Below are positions 39,299 to 52,225 of a stretch of 64,000 bases of DNA, one piece after another; the stretch's first letter is position 1; each line of letters opens with the position of its first letter. Source of the DNA: an uncultured Chthonomonadaceae bacterium (GTDB lineage: Bacteria; Armatimonadota; Chthonomonadetes; Chthonomonadales; Chthonomonadaceae). The notes beneath the pieces were generated by a model. The model was not told the DNA's origin, did no database searches, and saw nothing but the letters and a program-made list of their open reading frames with translations. The stretch is taken from positions 1 through 64,000 of the forward strand of contig CAWIEK010000044.1 of assembly GCA_963835065.1 (NCBI GenBank), given 5' to 3'. A program made the position numbers and the translations under genes.

Positions 39299-41401
39299 GT
39301 GCAGGTGGAGAGCAACCCCGGCGTGAATGGTACGATCATTAAAGGCAAATACCGCATTGTGCGGGAAATCGCGCGCAGCAACGACATCGTTTTTGAAGCG
39401 ATGGACGTGGCGCTGAATCGTCGCGTCGCCTTGAAAGAGCTGAACATTGCGCCCGGCATGACCGGGCAGGCCAAACGGGAGCGTATTGAGCGCTTCGAGC
39501 GCGAAGCCCGCGCAGCCGGTAAACTCAGCCACCCCAACATTGTCACCATTTACGACCACTGGGAAGAAAACGGCAGGCACTTCATTGCGATGGAGTATCT
39601 GGACGGCCAAACCCTGCGCGACGTGATGCAGGTTCGCCACACGCTGCCCCACAAAGAAGCGATTGACATTGCCGCGCAGATGCTTGCCGCGCTTGCCCAT
39701 GCCCACCACCACAAAGTCATTCACCGCGACATCAAGCCCGACAACATCTTCATTCTTCCGGGCGGGCATGTCAAACTCACGGACTTCGGCATCGCGCGCC
39801 TGTCGGAAGAACCCGCACTGACCAGCAACGGACAGGTTTTCGGTACGCCGAGTTATATGTCGCCCGAACAGATCGAGGGCAAGCACATTGACCACCGCTC
39901 CGACCTGTTTTCGCTTGGCGTACTGCTATACGAAATGCTGGCGGGGCGCAAGCCGTTTACCGGTGACAGCGTCATCAGCATTACGTATGCGATTATGAAC
40001 GCGGAACCGTCGCCCCTGATTGGCGTTCCGCAGGGGATTGAGCAGGTGATACGCCGCGCCCTGCAAAAGCGTCCCGAACAGCGCCAGATTTCCGCCGACC
40101 AGATGCGGCAGGACTTGATGTACGCCGAACAAACTCCGCAGGTGTTTCTATCCGTAAACAATTCCGGCTACAATCCGAATGTCAACCAGACGGGCATGAA
40201 CCGGATGCAAACCGGCATGAACGGGCCGTATGGCGCATCCATGCCGGGAGCCAACACGGGGTATGGAAGTCAGAACATGCCCGGTATGAATCCGATGAAC
40301 GGCATGTCGGCAATGGGCAGCCCAATGGCGCAGAACGGCGGCTACAGCAACGCCGCGCAGCCGAACACGGGCTATGTGGGTCAAAATATGGCGGGTATGA
40401 ATCCGATGAACGGCATGACGAACAACGCCGCGCCCATACCGAACCCGCAGGGCGGGGCGCAGCCCTGGGCGTGGAACACAACCGGGGCGGGATTGACGCG
40501 GGGGCAGATCAAAGCCATGCGGCGTTCCGCGCAAATGGCTGCCGCGCAGGGCATGACGCAGCAGCAATACGCCGCGATGCTGGCGCAAAACGGCCAGTTG
40601 CCGCAGGGCGTCACGCCCAATACGCCGCAAATGTCGCCCTATGCCTCGCCGCCGTTTCCCATCCGCCGCCGCGAACCGTTGATTGTGCTGTCCGACGCGG
40701 CGCGTTCCAACATTTATGCCGCGCTGATTGCCGCCGTCATCGGGTGCTGCCTCGCCTTCGGCGTGGTGGCGTTTATGAACCGCTACCAAAACTACAAGGG
40801 CACGGTCAGTTCCGAAAAAGTGCGCGGCTTGATGGCGCAGGGCAGCGCCGCCTACAACAAACAGGATTACGCCGGAGCCGCCCAATTTTTCGAGCAGGCG
40901 TTGGCAGGCAAACCCAATACAAGCGATCTGGCAAACGTCAATCAAAACCTCGGCTATGTTTATGTGCAGCTTGCCCGGCAGGCGCATGGCCGGGGCAATA
41001 TCACTGAAGCGGCTGACGATTACAACAAAGCCATCGGTTACGCGCCCGGTTATCAAGTGGCCCAAACCGAACTCAGCATTCTACGGGGCGGCACACAAGA
41101 CGCGCCCTCAGATCGCAGCGCCCTGCCCGGCACATCCACGCAGGAACCGCCCGCTTCGCTGCAAGCGCCTCCGCCCATCGTCAGCGACGATCCGGCTCCC
41201 CGCGTGTCGAATATAGACCCGGATCACCTGCTCCGCGATAAGGCCGCGCAAGCCAGCCAGCTTATCAACGATGGCGATCAGCTTTACAAGGGCGGCGACA
41301 TCAACGGCGCGGCCAAAAAATGGCGCGAAGCGCGCGACACCGCCTACGGCCTGAAGGAACACGACGACGCCATAGATCGGCTTAGTCGCTATGCGCCATG
41401 A
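39299..41401 (+). CDS. Hanks-type Ser/Thr kinase with TM helix and extracellular TPR-like region
   Basis: VALKEL, HRDIKPDN, DFGIA, GTPSYMSPEQ; TM IYAALIAAVIGCCLAFGVVAF. Confidence 0.93.
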   Translation: MQVESNPGVNGTIIKGKYRIVREIARSNDIVFEAMDVALNRRVALKELNIAPGMTGQAKRERIERFEREARAAGKLSHPNIVTIYDHWEENGRHFIAMEYLDGQTLRDVMQVRHTLPHKEAIDIAAQMLAALAHAHHHKVIHRDIKPDNIFILPGGHVKLTDFGIARLSEEPALTSNGQVFGTPSYMSPEQIEGKHIDHRSDLFSLGVLLYEMLAGRKPFTGDSVISITYAIMNAEPSPLIGVPQGIEQVIRRALQKRPEQRQISADQMRQDLMYAEQTPQVFLSVNNSGYNPNVNQTGMNRMQTGMNGPYGASMPGANTGYGSQNMPGMNPMNGMSAMGSPMAQNGGYSNAAQPNTGYVGQNMAGMNPMNGMTNNAAPIPNPQGGAQPWAWNTTGAGLTRGQIKAMRRSAQMAAAQGMTQQQYAAMLAQNGQLPQGVTPNTPQMSPYASPPFPIRRREPLIVLSDAARSNIYAALIAAVIGCCLAFGVVAFMNRYQNYKGTVSSEKVRGLMAQGSAAYNKQDYAGAAQFFEQALAGKPNTSDLANVNQNLGYVYVQLARQAHGRGNITEAADDYNKAIGYAPGYQVAQTELSILRGGTQDAPSDRSALPGTSTQEPPASLQAPPPIVSDDPAPRVSNIDPDHLLRDKAAQASQLINDGDQLYKGGDINGAAKKWREARDTAYGLKEHDDAIDRLSRYAP

Positions 41402-41413
41402 GGATATTACGAA

Positions 41414-42433
41414 TTGACAACAAACTCCGATGCCGCCGCAGTCTCGACACTGCTGGCGCAGGCGACGCCCGATGCCGCCGCGCAACTGCGCGACCTGGCG
41501 GAAAACACTGCCGAGAAAGACACGCGCAAAGCCGCGCGCCGCGCCCTGTACCTGCTGTCGCAAAAGGGCATTACGCCTCCCGAAACGGCCTTGCAGCCTG
41601 CCACATCTGTTCCGGCTGCCAGAGCAAAGCCCTCACTGACCGCCTGGGCCAGCGCTTACGATGGGGCCGGGAACCGCGTGGTGTTCCTGACATGGCCCAA
41701 CAACGACGGCGGCTCTCCCACTTTTCTGCAATCCCTCCTCAACGATGAAGAAGGCGTCCGCGACATAGAAACGCGCCGGTTGCCGCGCCGCGAACTGGAC
41801 GAACGGCTTCAGGGCTTCCTGTCGCAACTGGAAGGCGGCATTGCGCTTGCCGAAATCACCCCGGATTACGGGCGGTTTCTGCTGCATCAGGCGCGAACTC
41901 TCAGCCAACAGCAGCGGCGCAGAACGCCCATCGGCTTTACGGACCTTCTCGCCATCATTGGCGAGCCGGAACAAAACTATGCGGATGCGCCCGTATGGGA
42001 GCGCGTCACGCCCGAAGAAGTCCGCGCCGATGTGGAACCCGCTTCCGCTTCCGACCTGTTCAAGCTGCCCTGGTTTGAAGCGTGGTTTCTGGATGTCAAC
42101 GACGTGGTTCCCTGGATGTCCGACATTTACGAAGTAATCGGTGACGCGAACAGTTCCGAAGAAGCGAAAAAGCAGGGATTGGAAACCGTTGCTAAAACCG
42201 CCGCAGGCGAGTTGTTTACCGCCGACGTGAAAGCGCGTTACGTTCGCCGCCTGGAAGAAACCGCCGGCGCGCTGCATCGGCGCGGGCGCGAAACCGAAGC
42301 GCGGCAGGCGCTGCGCCACGCGCTCGGCCTGCGCGACACCCCTTCCGCCGCCGACTCCGACTTTGCCGTGACACTAGTACAGCGCACGATGCAGGCGGCT
42401 ATTGAGATGATGCGCCAGAGAGTTGATAGTTGA
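41414..42433 (+). CDS. Conserved hypothetical helical protein
   Basis: 339-aa ORF with host-like codon use; KAARRALYLL, SAYDGAGNR. Confidence 0.7.
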   Translation: MTTNSDAAAVSTLLAQATPDAAAQLRDLAENTAEKDTRKAARRALYLLSQKGITPPETALQPATSVPAARAKPSLTAWASAYDGAGNRVVFLTWPNNDGGSPTFLQSLLNDEEGVRDIETRRLPRRELDERLQGFLSQLEGGIALAEITPDYGRFLLHQARTLSQQQRRRTPIGFTDLLAIIGEPEQNYADAPVWERVTPEEVRADVEPASASDLFKLPWFEAWFLDVNDVVPWMSDIYEVIGDANSSEEAKKQGLETVAKTAAGELFTADVKARYVRRLEETAGALHRRGRETEARQALRHALGLRDTPSAADSDFAVTLVQRTMQAAIEMMRQRVDS

Positions 42434-42540
42434 TAGTTGATAGGCTTCCGGTTTCATGGTTCGCTTGTTCCAGTTACGCTGTTCAGGCAAAGTTCGCTTC
42501 TTCAGGAGGGCATTTACTATCAACTATCAACTATCAACTC
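42421..42540. repeat. Inverted (AGTTGAT)n / (CTATCAA)n pair
   Basis: The first arm contains the upstream stop codon. Confidence 0.88.
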
Positions 42541-42566
42541 ACCCAACAAGGAGAACCGGCTTTACC

Positions 42567-43352
42567 GTGAGTGATCCGTTGATTTCGATTGATACCGGGC
42601 AGAAAAATCCGTATTTGCTGCAAGTGACGCGCCATGATGTGCCGATGCGCGGGCTGTCTGCGTCCTTATACGGCAAGGTCGTCGTGCATCTGAGCGATCT
42701 GCACGGCGGGTTCGGCAACACGCGGGCGGTGCATGAAGAGGCCGTGCGGCAGGTACATGCCATCAAGCCCGACCTGATTTTGCTGACGGGCGATTATATT
42801 GACAGCAAAGTTCTCGGCAAAGATTATCCCATTCAGGAGATGCTGTGCCAACTGCGCGCCCCACTCGGCGTGTTCGGCTCCCTGGGCAACCATGACCACC
42901 GGCGCGGGCCTGTCGGAACGCGCCGGAAATTGGAACATTCGGGCGTACAGCTGCTTGTAAATGAAAATACGCCGATTGAAGGCGGGCTGCACATCGCGGG
43001 CATTGATGATCTGTTCGAGGGCAAGCCCAATATCGCGGCCACCATGCGCGGCCTGCCTCCCGACGCTACCAGTATCGTGCTTTCCCACAACCCCCGATTG
43101 ATTGAAAAAGCCGGCAAGTACGACGTGCTAATTCTATCCGGGCATACGCATGGTGGACAGATCGCGCTTCCCCTTCCGAATCCCAAAATGATTTGTATGC
43201 TGCATCTGCGCTGCCCCCAGGTGGCCGGATGGTACAAAAAGGGCAAAGCGCGTTTGTACGTCAATCGCGGCCTGGGCGTCACCGGCAAACCCTACCGCTA
43301 CCGCTGCCCCGCCGAAATCAGCGTGTTCCGCCTCGTGCCGGAGGGGGAATAG
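42567..43352 (+). CDS. Calcineurin-like metallophosphoesterase
   Basis: SDLH, TGDY, GNHD, SHNP, GHTHGGQ. Confidence 0.92.
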   Translation: MSDPLISIDTGQKNPYLLQVTRHDVPMRGLSASLYGKVVVHLSDLHGGFGNTRAVHEEAVRQVHAIKPDLILLTGDYIDSKVLGKDYPIQEMLCQLRAPLGVFGSLGNHDHRRGPVGTRRKLEHSGVQLLVNENTPIEGGLHIAGIDDLFEGKPNIAATMRGLPPDATSIVLSHNPRLIEKAGKYDVLILSGHTHGGQIALPLPNPKMICMLHLRCPQVAGWYKKGKARLYVNRGLGVTGKPYRYRCPAEISVFRLVPEGE

Positions 43353-43544
43353 AAAAGCAGTGACTTCGCGGCATGTTGTCTATTCTTTCTGCTCTTTCTT
43401 CCGGCAGTTTGGCGGCGAGAGTCTCCTTCTTCCCTCCAGTTGTGTCATACTCTTAACCATGTATGAAATGACTCAAGTATGAAACGGCTAAAGTCCAGAT
43501 GCCTAATGCCTTCATCCTTCATCCTTCATCCTTTGGAGTGCCCT

Positions 43545-44486
43545 ATGCGTCCCGTGGACTTATCGCAAGTGCGAACCATCCCGCTGCAAACGCGCCAAAA
43601 TAAAGTGGCGCGGGAGCGGTTTGCGCGGCCTGCCGCGCCGGGGCGTTCGTTTGCGGAGTTTCTGGATGCGCTGCCCAACATTTTGGCGGGGGAACAGTTT
43701 CGCGTTGTCGTAGATCGCATTGTGGCCGCGCGCAAGCGGGAGCGTCCCGTGATTGTCAGCATCGGCGGGCATGTCGTGAAATGCGGATTGGGACCATTAC
43801 TCATAGACCTGATGCGGCGCGGCATCATCACCACGCTTGCCATGAACGGGTCGGGAGCCATTCACGATTTTGAACTCGCGCTTTTGGGCGAAACCTCGGA
43901 AGATGTGGCGGCGGGGCTGGAAAACGGCACGTTCGGCATGGTGCGCGAAACGGGCGAACAAATGAATCGGGCCATCAATCGCGTACTAAGTGATAGGGAT
44001 GCGGGCATGGGGCGGCTGTTGGGCAAGGAACTGCTGGCAACGGATGCGCCGTGCCGCGAAGTGAGCCTGCTGGCGGCGGCTTGTGAATTGAATATCCCGG
44101 CGACCGTTCACGTCGCGCTGGGAACCGATATTATTCACATGCACCCGTCCGCCAATGGAGCGGCAACCGGGCAGGCGTCGTTCAACGATTTTCGGCTGTT
44201 CACGGGCGCGATACAGGAATTGAGCGGCGGCGTGTACCTCAACATCGGTTCCGCCGTGATTATGCCGGAAGTGTTTCTCAAGGCGTTCACCATTGCGCAA
44301 AATCTGGGCGCGCATTTGCAGGACTTTTGCACCGTCAACATGGACATGACTCCGCATTACCGCCCCGCTGAAAACATCGTGCGCCGCCCGCCCGCTGTCG
44401 GCGGCGAAGGCTATATGCTGATCGGGCGGCACGAAATTATGGTTCCCCTGCTGGCTCACGCCGTCGTTGAAGCCTTATCAATTTAA
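43545..44486 (+). CDS. Deoxyhypusine-synthase-like (GSU2086-type) protein
   Basis: GGHVVKCG, AMNGSGAIHDFE, GTDIIHMHP, NIGSAVIMPEVFLKA. Confidence 0.65.
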   Translation: MRPVDLSQVRTIPLQTRQNKVARERFARPAAPGRSFAEFLDALPNILAGEQFRVVVDRIVAARKRERPVIVSIGGHVVKCGLGPLLIDLMRRGIITTLAMNGSGAIHDFELALLGETSEDVAAGLENGTFGMVRETGEQMNRAINRVLSDRDAGMGRLLGKELLATDAPCREVSLLAAACELNIPATVHVALGTDIIHMHPSANGAATGQASFNDFRLFTGAIQELSGGVYLNIGSAVIMPEVFLKAFTIAQNLGAHLQDFCTVNMDMTPHYRPAENIVRRPPAVGGEGYMLIGRHEIMVPLLAHAVVEALSI

Positions 44487-44489
44487 ATT

Positions 44490-45761
44490 ATGCGACTTCT
44501 CTTTTTGACAACCTATTATCGTCCTGAAAGCGCGACCAATGCCATTTTGATTACCCTGCTGGCGGAAGAATTGGCCCGTAAAGGCCACCAGGTCACCGTT
44601 GTGACGGGTATGCCGCATTATGACAACAACAAAGTGGAAGCCAAGTACCGGGGCAAATTGTGGATGCGGGAGCGGCAGAACAATGTAGATATACGCCGCG
44701 TGTATCTATATGTGCCGGAAAACAAAAGCCGCTTAATGGGACGATTGCTGAACTATATTTCTTTCAACATCACGTCTGCCCTTGCCATTCTGCTGACGCC
44801 GCGCCATGACGTGCTGTTTGCGCCCTCGCCCCCGCTCACGAATGGCATGACCGCGTGGTTCACGAGTTGGCTGAAGCGGATGCCGTTCGTATACAACGTG
44901 CAGGACATTTACCCCGATGTGGCCGTCCGGTTGGGCGTCCTGAAAAACCCGCGCCTGATCCGCCTGTTTTCCCGCATGGAACTCTTTGTATACCGCAAAG
45001 CCGCCGCCGTGAGCGTGATTTCCGACTGCTTTCAGCGCAACCTCGCGGCCAAACAGGTTCCCGCGTCCAAATTGAAGGTAATCTCGAATTTCGTGGACGT
45101 GGACTTTGTGTATCCGCATCCGCGCCGCAACGCCTTCAGCCACGAACACAATCTGGACGACAAGTTCGTGGTCGTCTTCGCGGGCAATGTCGGGCTATCG
45201 CAGGGATTGGAAACGGTTTTGCTGGCGGCGCAAAAGCTGGTCGTCATGCCGAAAATCCATTTTCTCATCGTGGGCAACGGCGCGTCGAAAAGCGAATTGA
45301 TGCGGCAGGCCGAAGAGATGGGGCTGAACAACCTGACATTTTTGCCGCTCCAGCCGTATGAGCGCGTCCCGGAACTGTATTCCGCAGGCGATGTGTGCCT
45401 GATTCCACTGAAACGTGGCCTGACGGAAGACTCGGTTCCCAGCAAACTGTGGACAATCATGGGCGTAGCGCGTCCGGTTGTGGCGACGGTAGACAAGGCA
45501 AGCGACACGTACAAAGTGATTCAGGAAGCGGGCTGTGGCCTGTGCGCGGAAGCGGAAGACGCGGACGGCATGGCGGCGGCGATTGCCCGCCTGTACAACG
45601 ACTGCGAACTGGCGGCGAACATGGGCAAGCAGGGCCGAGCTTATGTCGAACAATTCTACACGCATGAGCGCGTTTCGGAACAGTACGAGCAGCTATTCGC
45701 CGCTTTAATCGCCGCGTCCGAACGTCCCAAAAACTTTGCCGACGCAAAACGCACGGAGTAA
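44490..45761 (+). CDS. Glycosyltransferase family 4 (WbuB-like)
   Basis: YYRPE, GMPHY, PSPP, VQDIYPD, AGNVGLSQG, VPSKL. Confidence 0.9.
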   Translation: MRLLFLTTYYRPESATNAILITLLAEELARKGHQVTVVTGMPHYDNNKVEAKYRGKLWMRERQNNVDIRRVYLYVPENKSRLMGRLLNYISFNITSALAILLTPRHDVLFAPSPPLTNGMTAWFTSWLKRMPFVYNVQDIYPDVAVRLGVLKNPRLIRLFSRMELFVYRKAAAVSVISDCFQRNLAAKQVPASKLKVISNFVDVDFVYPHPRRNAFSHEHNLDDKFVVVFAGNVGLSQGLETVLLAAQKLVVMPKIHFLIVGNGASKSELMRQAEEMGLNNLTFLPLQPYERVPELYSAGDVCLIPLKRGLTEDSVPSKLWTIMGVARPVVATVDKASDTYKVIQEAGCGLCAEAEDADGMAAAIARLYNDCELAANMGKQGRAYVEQFYTHERVSEQYEQLFAALIAASERPKNFADAKRTE

Positions 45762-45873
45762 TCGTTTTGTACGGCGTATTGGAGCAAGTACCGCGTACTG
45801 CCGCGTGTAACCGGTATATACCATTTAAATCTCTCTAAAGATAGAAAAAAGAGCCGGACAGCGCGAAAAATGC

Positions 45874-46157
45874 GAACCCTTTGCCCCCCACATCCGTCTA
45901 AACAGTAGAACAATGTCTGCGATATAGACGTTCTACCCACAGGAAGGCGGAACGTTCGCAGTTCCTATCAACCTAAAACCCTAAAACCCTAAAACCTAAC
46001 CCAGAAGGGAGGTGCCAGTCCTATGTTTCACCCCTCCCGTTCGCCTTGACGCTTCTGGAGGTCACGACGCCTCTCTCCTACAACCAGACACAACGAGACA
46101 TCGGGCTGGAAGCGCTGTATTGCCAAGATTTCGACGATCTCTCTACATACCCTTTTT
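45874..46157 (+). ncRNA. Candidate small RNA / micro-ORF element, copy 2
   Basis: GAACCC, 16 bp, GTCTAA; GGAGGT; ORF 46023-46049 (MFHPSRSP*); 52-nt core identical to 7590-7641. Confidence 0.5.
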
Positions 46158-46378
46158 TCCACCTACCCGTTTCTCAATGTTTCCCATTGGCAACAGTCAG
46201 GCTTCCCGCTGATTCGGGAACTTATAGATTTACGTATACTAATACTGTACGTTTTTGTTCCGATGATTATCAGACCCCACAAAAGCCCGTCACGGTTTGA
46301 GTAGTTCTGAAATAAGAATTCCGGTGGAGCGCATGGCTCTACCGGAATTCTTTGATTATGGCTTTTTCATCAGGGATG

Positions 46379-47281
46379 TCAGGCGGGCGTTTTGTCGCCC
46401 TCTTCCTGATAATCGTTCTGGTATTTCTTCTGGTAGCCTGCCTGATAATCTTCCCGGTACTCCGGCGCAGGCTCTTCATGGCGCGTGGCATGTTCCCGAT
46501 GCGTAAAGCCATCGGCGGACGCTTCGACATGCGCTGCGATTTGCGCTGTTGAAGCGCGGCCCAACATTCGGCGCAGCAGCGACAGCAAAACCGCGTAACC
46601 GGTTTTACACAGAACGGTCATATCGAGCCGGAAGCAGCGCTGCATCACATAATCCACGTCCATGCGGCACTTGATGGGCAGCAAATTCTGGATGTAGTAT
46701 TCTTCGCGGTTTTCCAGTCCGCGCAGCATGTTTTCTTCTTCGCGGAATTTCAGCTGTGTCGGGCCGGTAATGCCGGGGCGGACGGTGAGGATGATGGCGC
46801 GTTGATCGGCGGGAAACGCTTCCACAAAGCGCGGAACTTGGGGGCGCGGGCCGACCAGACTCATTTCGCCAATCACGACATTCCACAATTGGGGCAGTTC
46901 GTCCACCTTACAACCGCGCAGGAACCGGCCTACCCTGGTCACGCGCACATCGTCGGCAGCGGTAATGAGCGGGCCGCACTGGTCGGCGTCGTCGGTCATG
47001 GTGCGGAATTTCCAGACCCAAAAGGGACGGCCATAGCGCCCCACGCGAATCTGTTTGTAAATGACCGGTCCGCGCGACGTGCAGCGAACCGCAACCGCCG
47101 CGAAAAGCAGGCAGGGGGAAAATAGCGTCAGCAGGACCGCGCCGGCGGCCACGTCGAAGCTCCGTTTAGTGAACTCGTACATCAGTTTGGATGAGGAATT
47201 AAATCGCACTGTTGAAAAAGTTTCATCCATGCGCGGATTGTGCCTTTCCACAGGGTTTGCGTCGCAGCCGATTATTCCCAT
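46379..47281 (-). CDS. Bacterial sugar transferase (priming phosphoglycosyltransferase)
   Basis: KRSFDV, KFRTM, RVTRVGRFLR..KVDELPQLWNV, GEMSLVGPRP, RPGITG; start uncertain. Confidence 0.92.
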   Translation of the reverse strand: MGIIGCDANPVERHNPRMDETFSTVRFNSSSKLMYEFTKRSFDVAAGAVLLTLFSPCLLFAAVAVRCTSRGPVIYKQIRVGRYGRPFWVWKFRTMTDDADQCGPLITAADDVRVTRVGRFLRGCKVDELPQLWNVVIGEMSLVGPRPQVPRFVEAFPADQRAIILTVRPGITGPTQLKFREEENMLRGLENREEYYIQNLLPIKCRMDVDYVMQRCFRLDMTVLCKTGYAVLLSLLRRMLGRASTAQIAAHVEASADGFTHREHATRHEEPAPEYREDYQAGYQKKYQNDYQEEGDKTPA

Positions 47282-47642
47282 ATTTTCCTTTCGATCTTAG
47301 CTGTGATCTGCGAAAGGGATCAGGCGGCATGGCTCGCGCATCGCGCAAGCAATGGGGGGAACGCCCCTGCTCCACAAAACATCGTTCATCTCGAAACAGG
47401 ACGCAGCGGAAAGTTTACGGCCAGCGAGACTTTAGTTTTTTCGGGACTTTGTTGTGTCCTACAAGCAATGCTTTGAAGCCCGCTTCCTGCAACAGAAGTT
47501 CAAGTCATAGACGACTCACTTTCCGTAAAGGTACGTGTTGTTGCAGCGAAAGTTGCCTGTTCTTTGCGCCGGGCATGACAAAGCACTCTAATCATACCAG
47601 AATTCTGCGGGGTTTGGAGCAAACCGGCAAACTTTCCGCAAT

Positions 47643-47693
47643 AAAACATAAAAACGCTTTTGCAAAGAACTGAATTGACTTTGCAAAAGCGTT
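47643..47693 (-). terminator. Intrinsic terminator after tRNA-Pro(CGG)
   Basis: 15-bp perfect stem AACGCTTTTGCAAAG / CTTTGCAAAAGCGTT followed by a T-run on the minus strand. Confidence 0.7.
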
Positions 47694-47733
47694 GGATTAG
47701 CGGCTTCGCGCCCATGCGAAGCCCGAATGTGTA

Positions 47734-47807
47734 TCGGGGTGACAGGATTCGAACCTGCGACCTCAGCGTCCCGAACGCTGCGCTCTACCAAGCTGAGCCA
47801 CACCCCG
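47734..47807 (-). tRNA. tRNA-Pro(CGG)
   Basis: CGGGGTGTGGCTCAGCTTGGTAGAGCGCAGCGTTCGGGACGCTGAGGTCGCAGGTTCGAATCCTGTCACCCCGA; anticodon CGG. Confidence 0.96.
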
Positions 47808-47858
47808 GTGTCCGTTCCGCGTCACGGGGAAACTCTCCCGCAACACGAAACCAATACT

Positions 47859-47887
47859 AGTATAGCACAAGGGCGTAGTTTCGTCAA
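47859..47887 (-). promoter_or_regulatory. Sigma70-type promoter for tRNA-Pro(CGG)
   Basis: TTGACG, 17 bp, TATACT on the minus strand. Confidence 0.7.
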
Positions 47888-47987
47888 GGACAGACCTGTA
47901 CAGTGCTGCGGCTTCGATCTATTTTACCGGTCTCTGCCCGCGCAGGCTTGAAAGGGATTTTGAAGCGACATTTGAATCAACAACGGA

Positions 47988-48016
47988 TTGACCGCTACAG
48001 GATTGTAGGCTATACT
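47988..48016 (+). promoter_or_regulatory. Sigma70-type promoter for the STAND-WD40 gene
   Basis: TTGACC, 17 bp, TATACT; short palindrome CTACA-GGAT-TGTAG in the spacer. Confidence 0.6.
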
Positions 48017-48065
48017 GTCAGACAACAAACCTTTGTTATGAATCGTGTGAGATAAGGATGCACGG

Positions 48066-51932
<3,867 letters not shown>

Positions 51933-52034
51933 ATAATACCATCTCTGAAACCAGTTCATAACATAATCTTAATCTCTTCTTAATAGGATGTTAAACTTGC
52001 TCTGTTATTATGAAAATCCCTCACTCTTCGCTCT

Positions 52035-52200
52035 GCTAGGCGTTGAAAACGCCTGGCTCGGTGGCGTTCCGCCAGGCGTCCTACGGACGCAATACGTTGT
52101 TGTACAAAGGTTCGCGTCCGTAGGACGCTTGGCCGCAGGCCATACAGACGGTGGTTTTCAACCACTGGCTAAAGGTGTCCGGTTATGAACAACGCCTGGC
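52035..52200. repeat. REP/REPIN-like nested palindrome element
   Basis: AGGCGTTGAAAACGCCT, GCGTCCTACGGACGC (52076), GCGTCCGTAGGACGC (52114), GTGGTTTTCAACCAC. Confidence 0.7.
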
Positions 52201-52225
52201 ACACTGCTGAAGGCAAGGAAAACAA

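Noticed and set aside
47734..47807. Integrated element bounded by the two tRNA-Pro genes
   Set aside because: They are distinct isoacceptors on opposite strands; no integrase or duplicated 3' att fragment was found.
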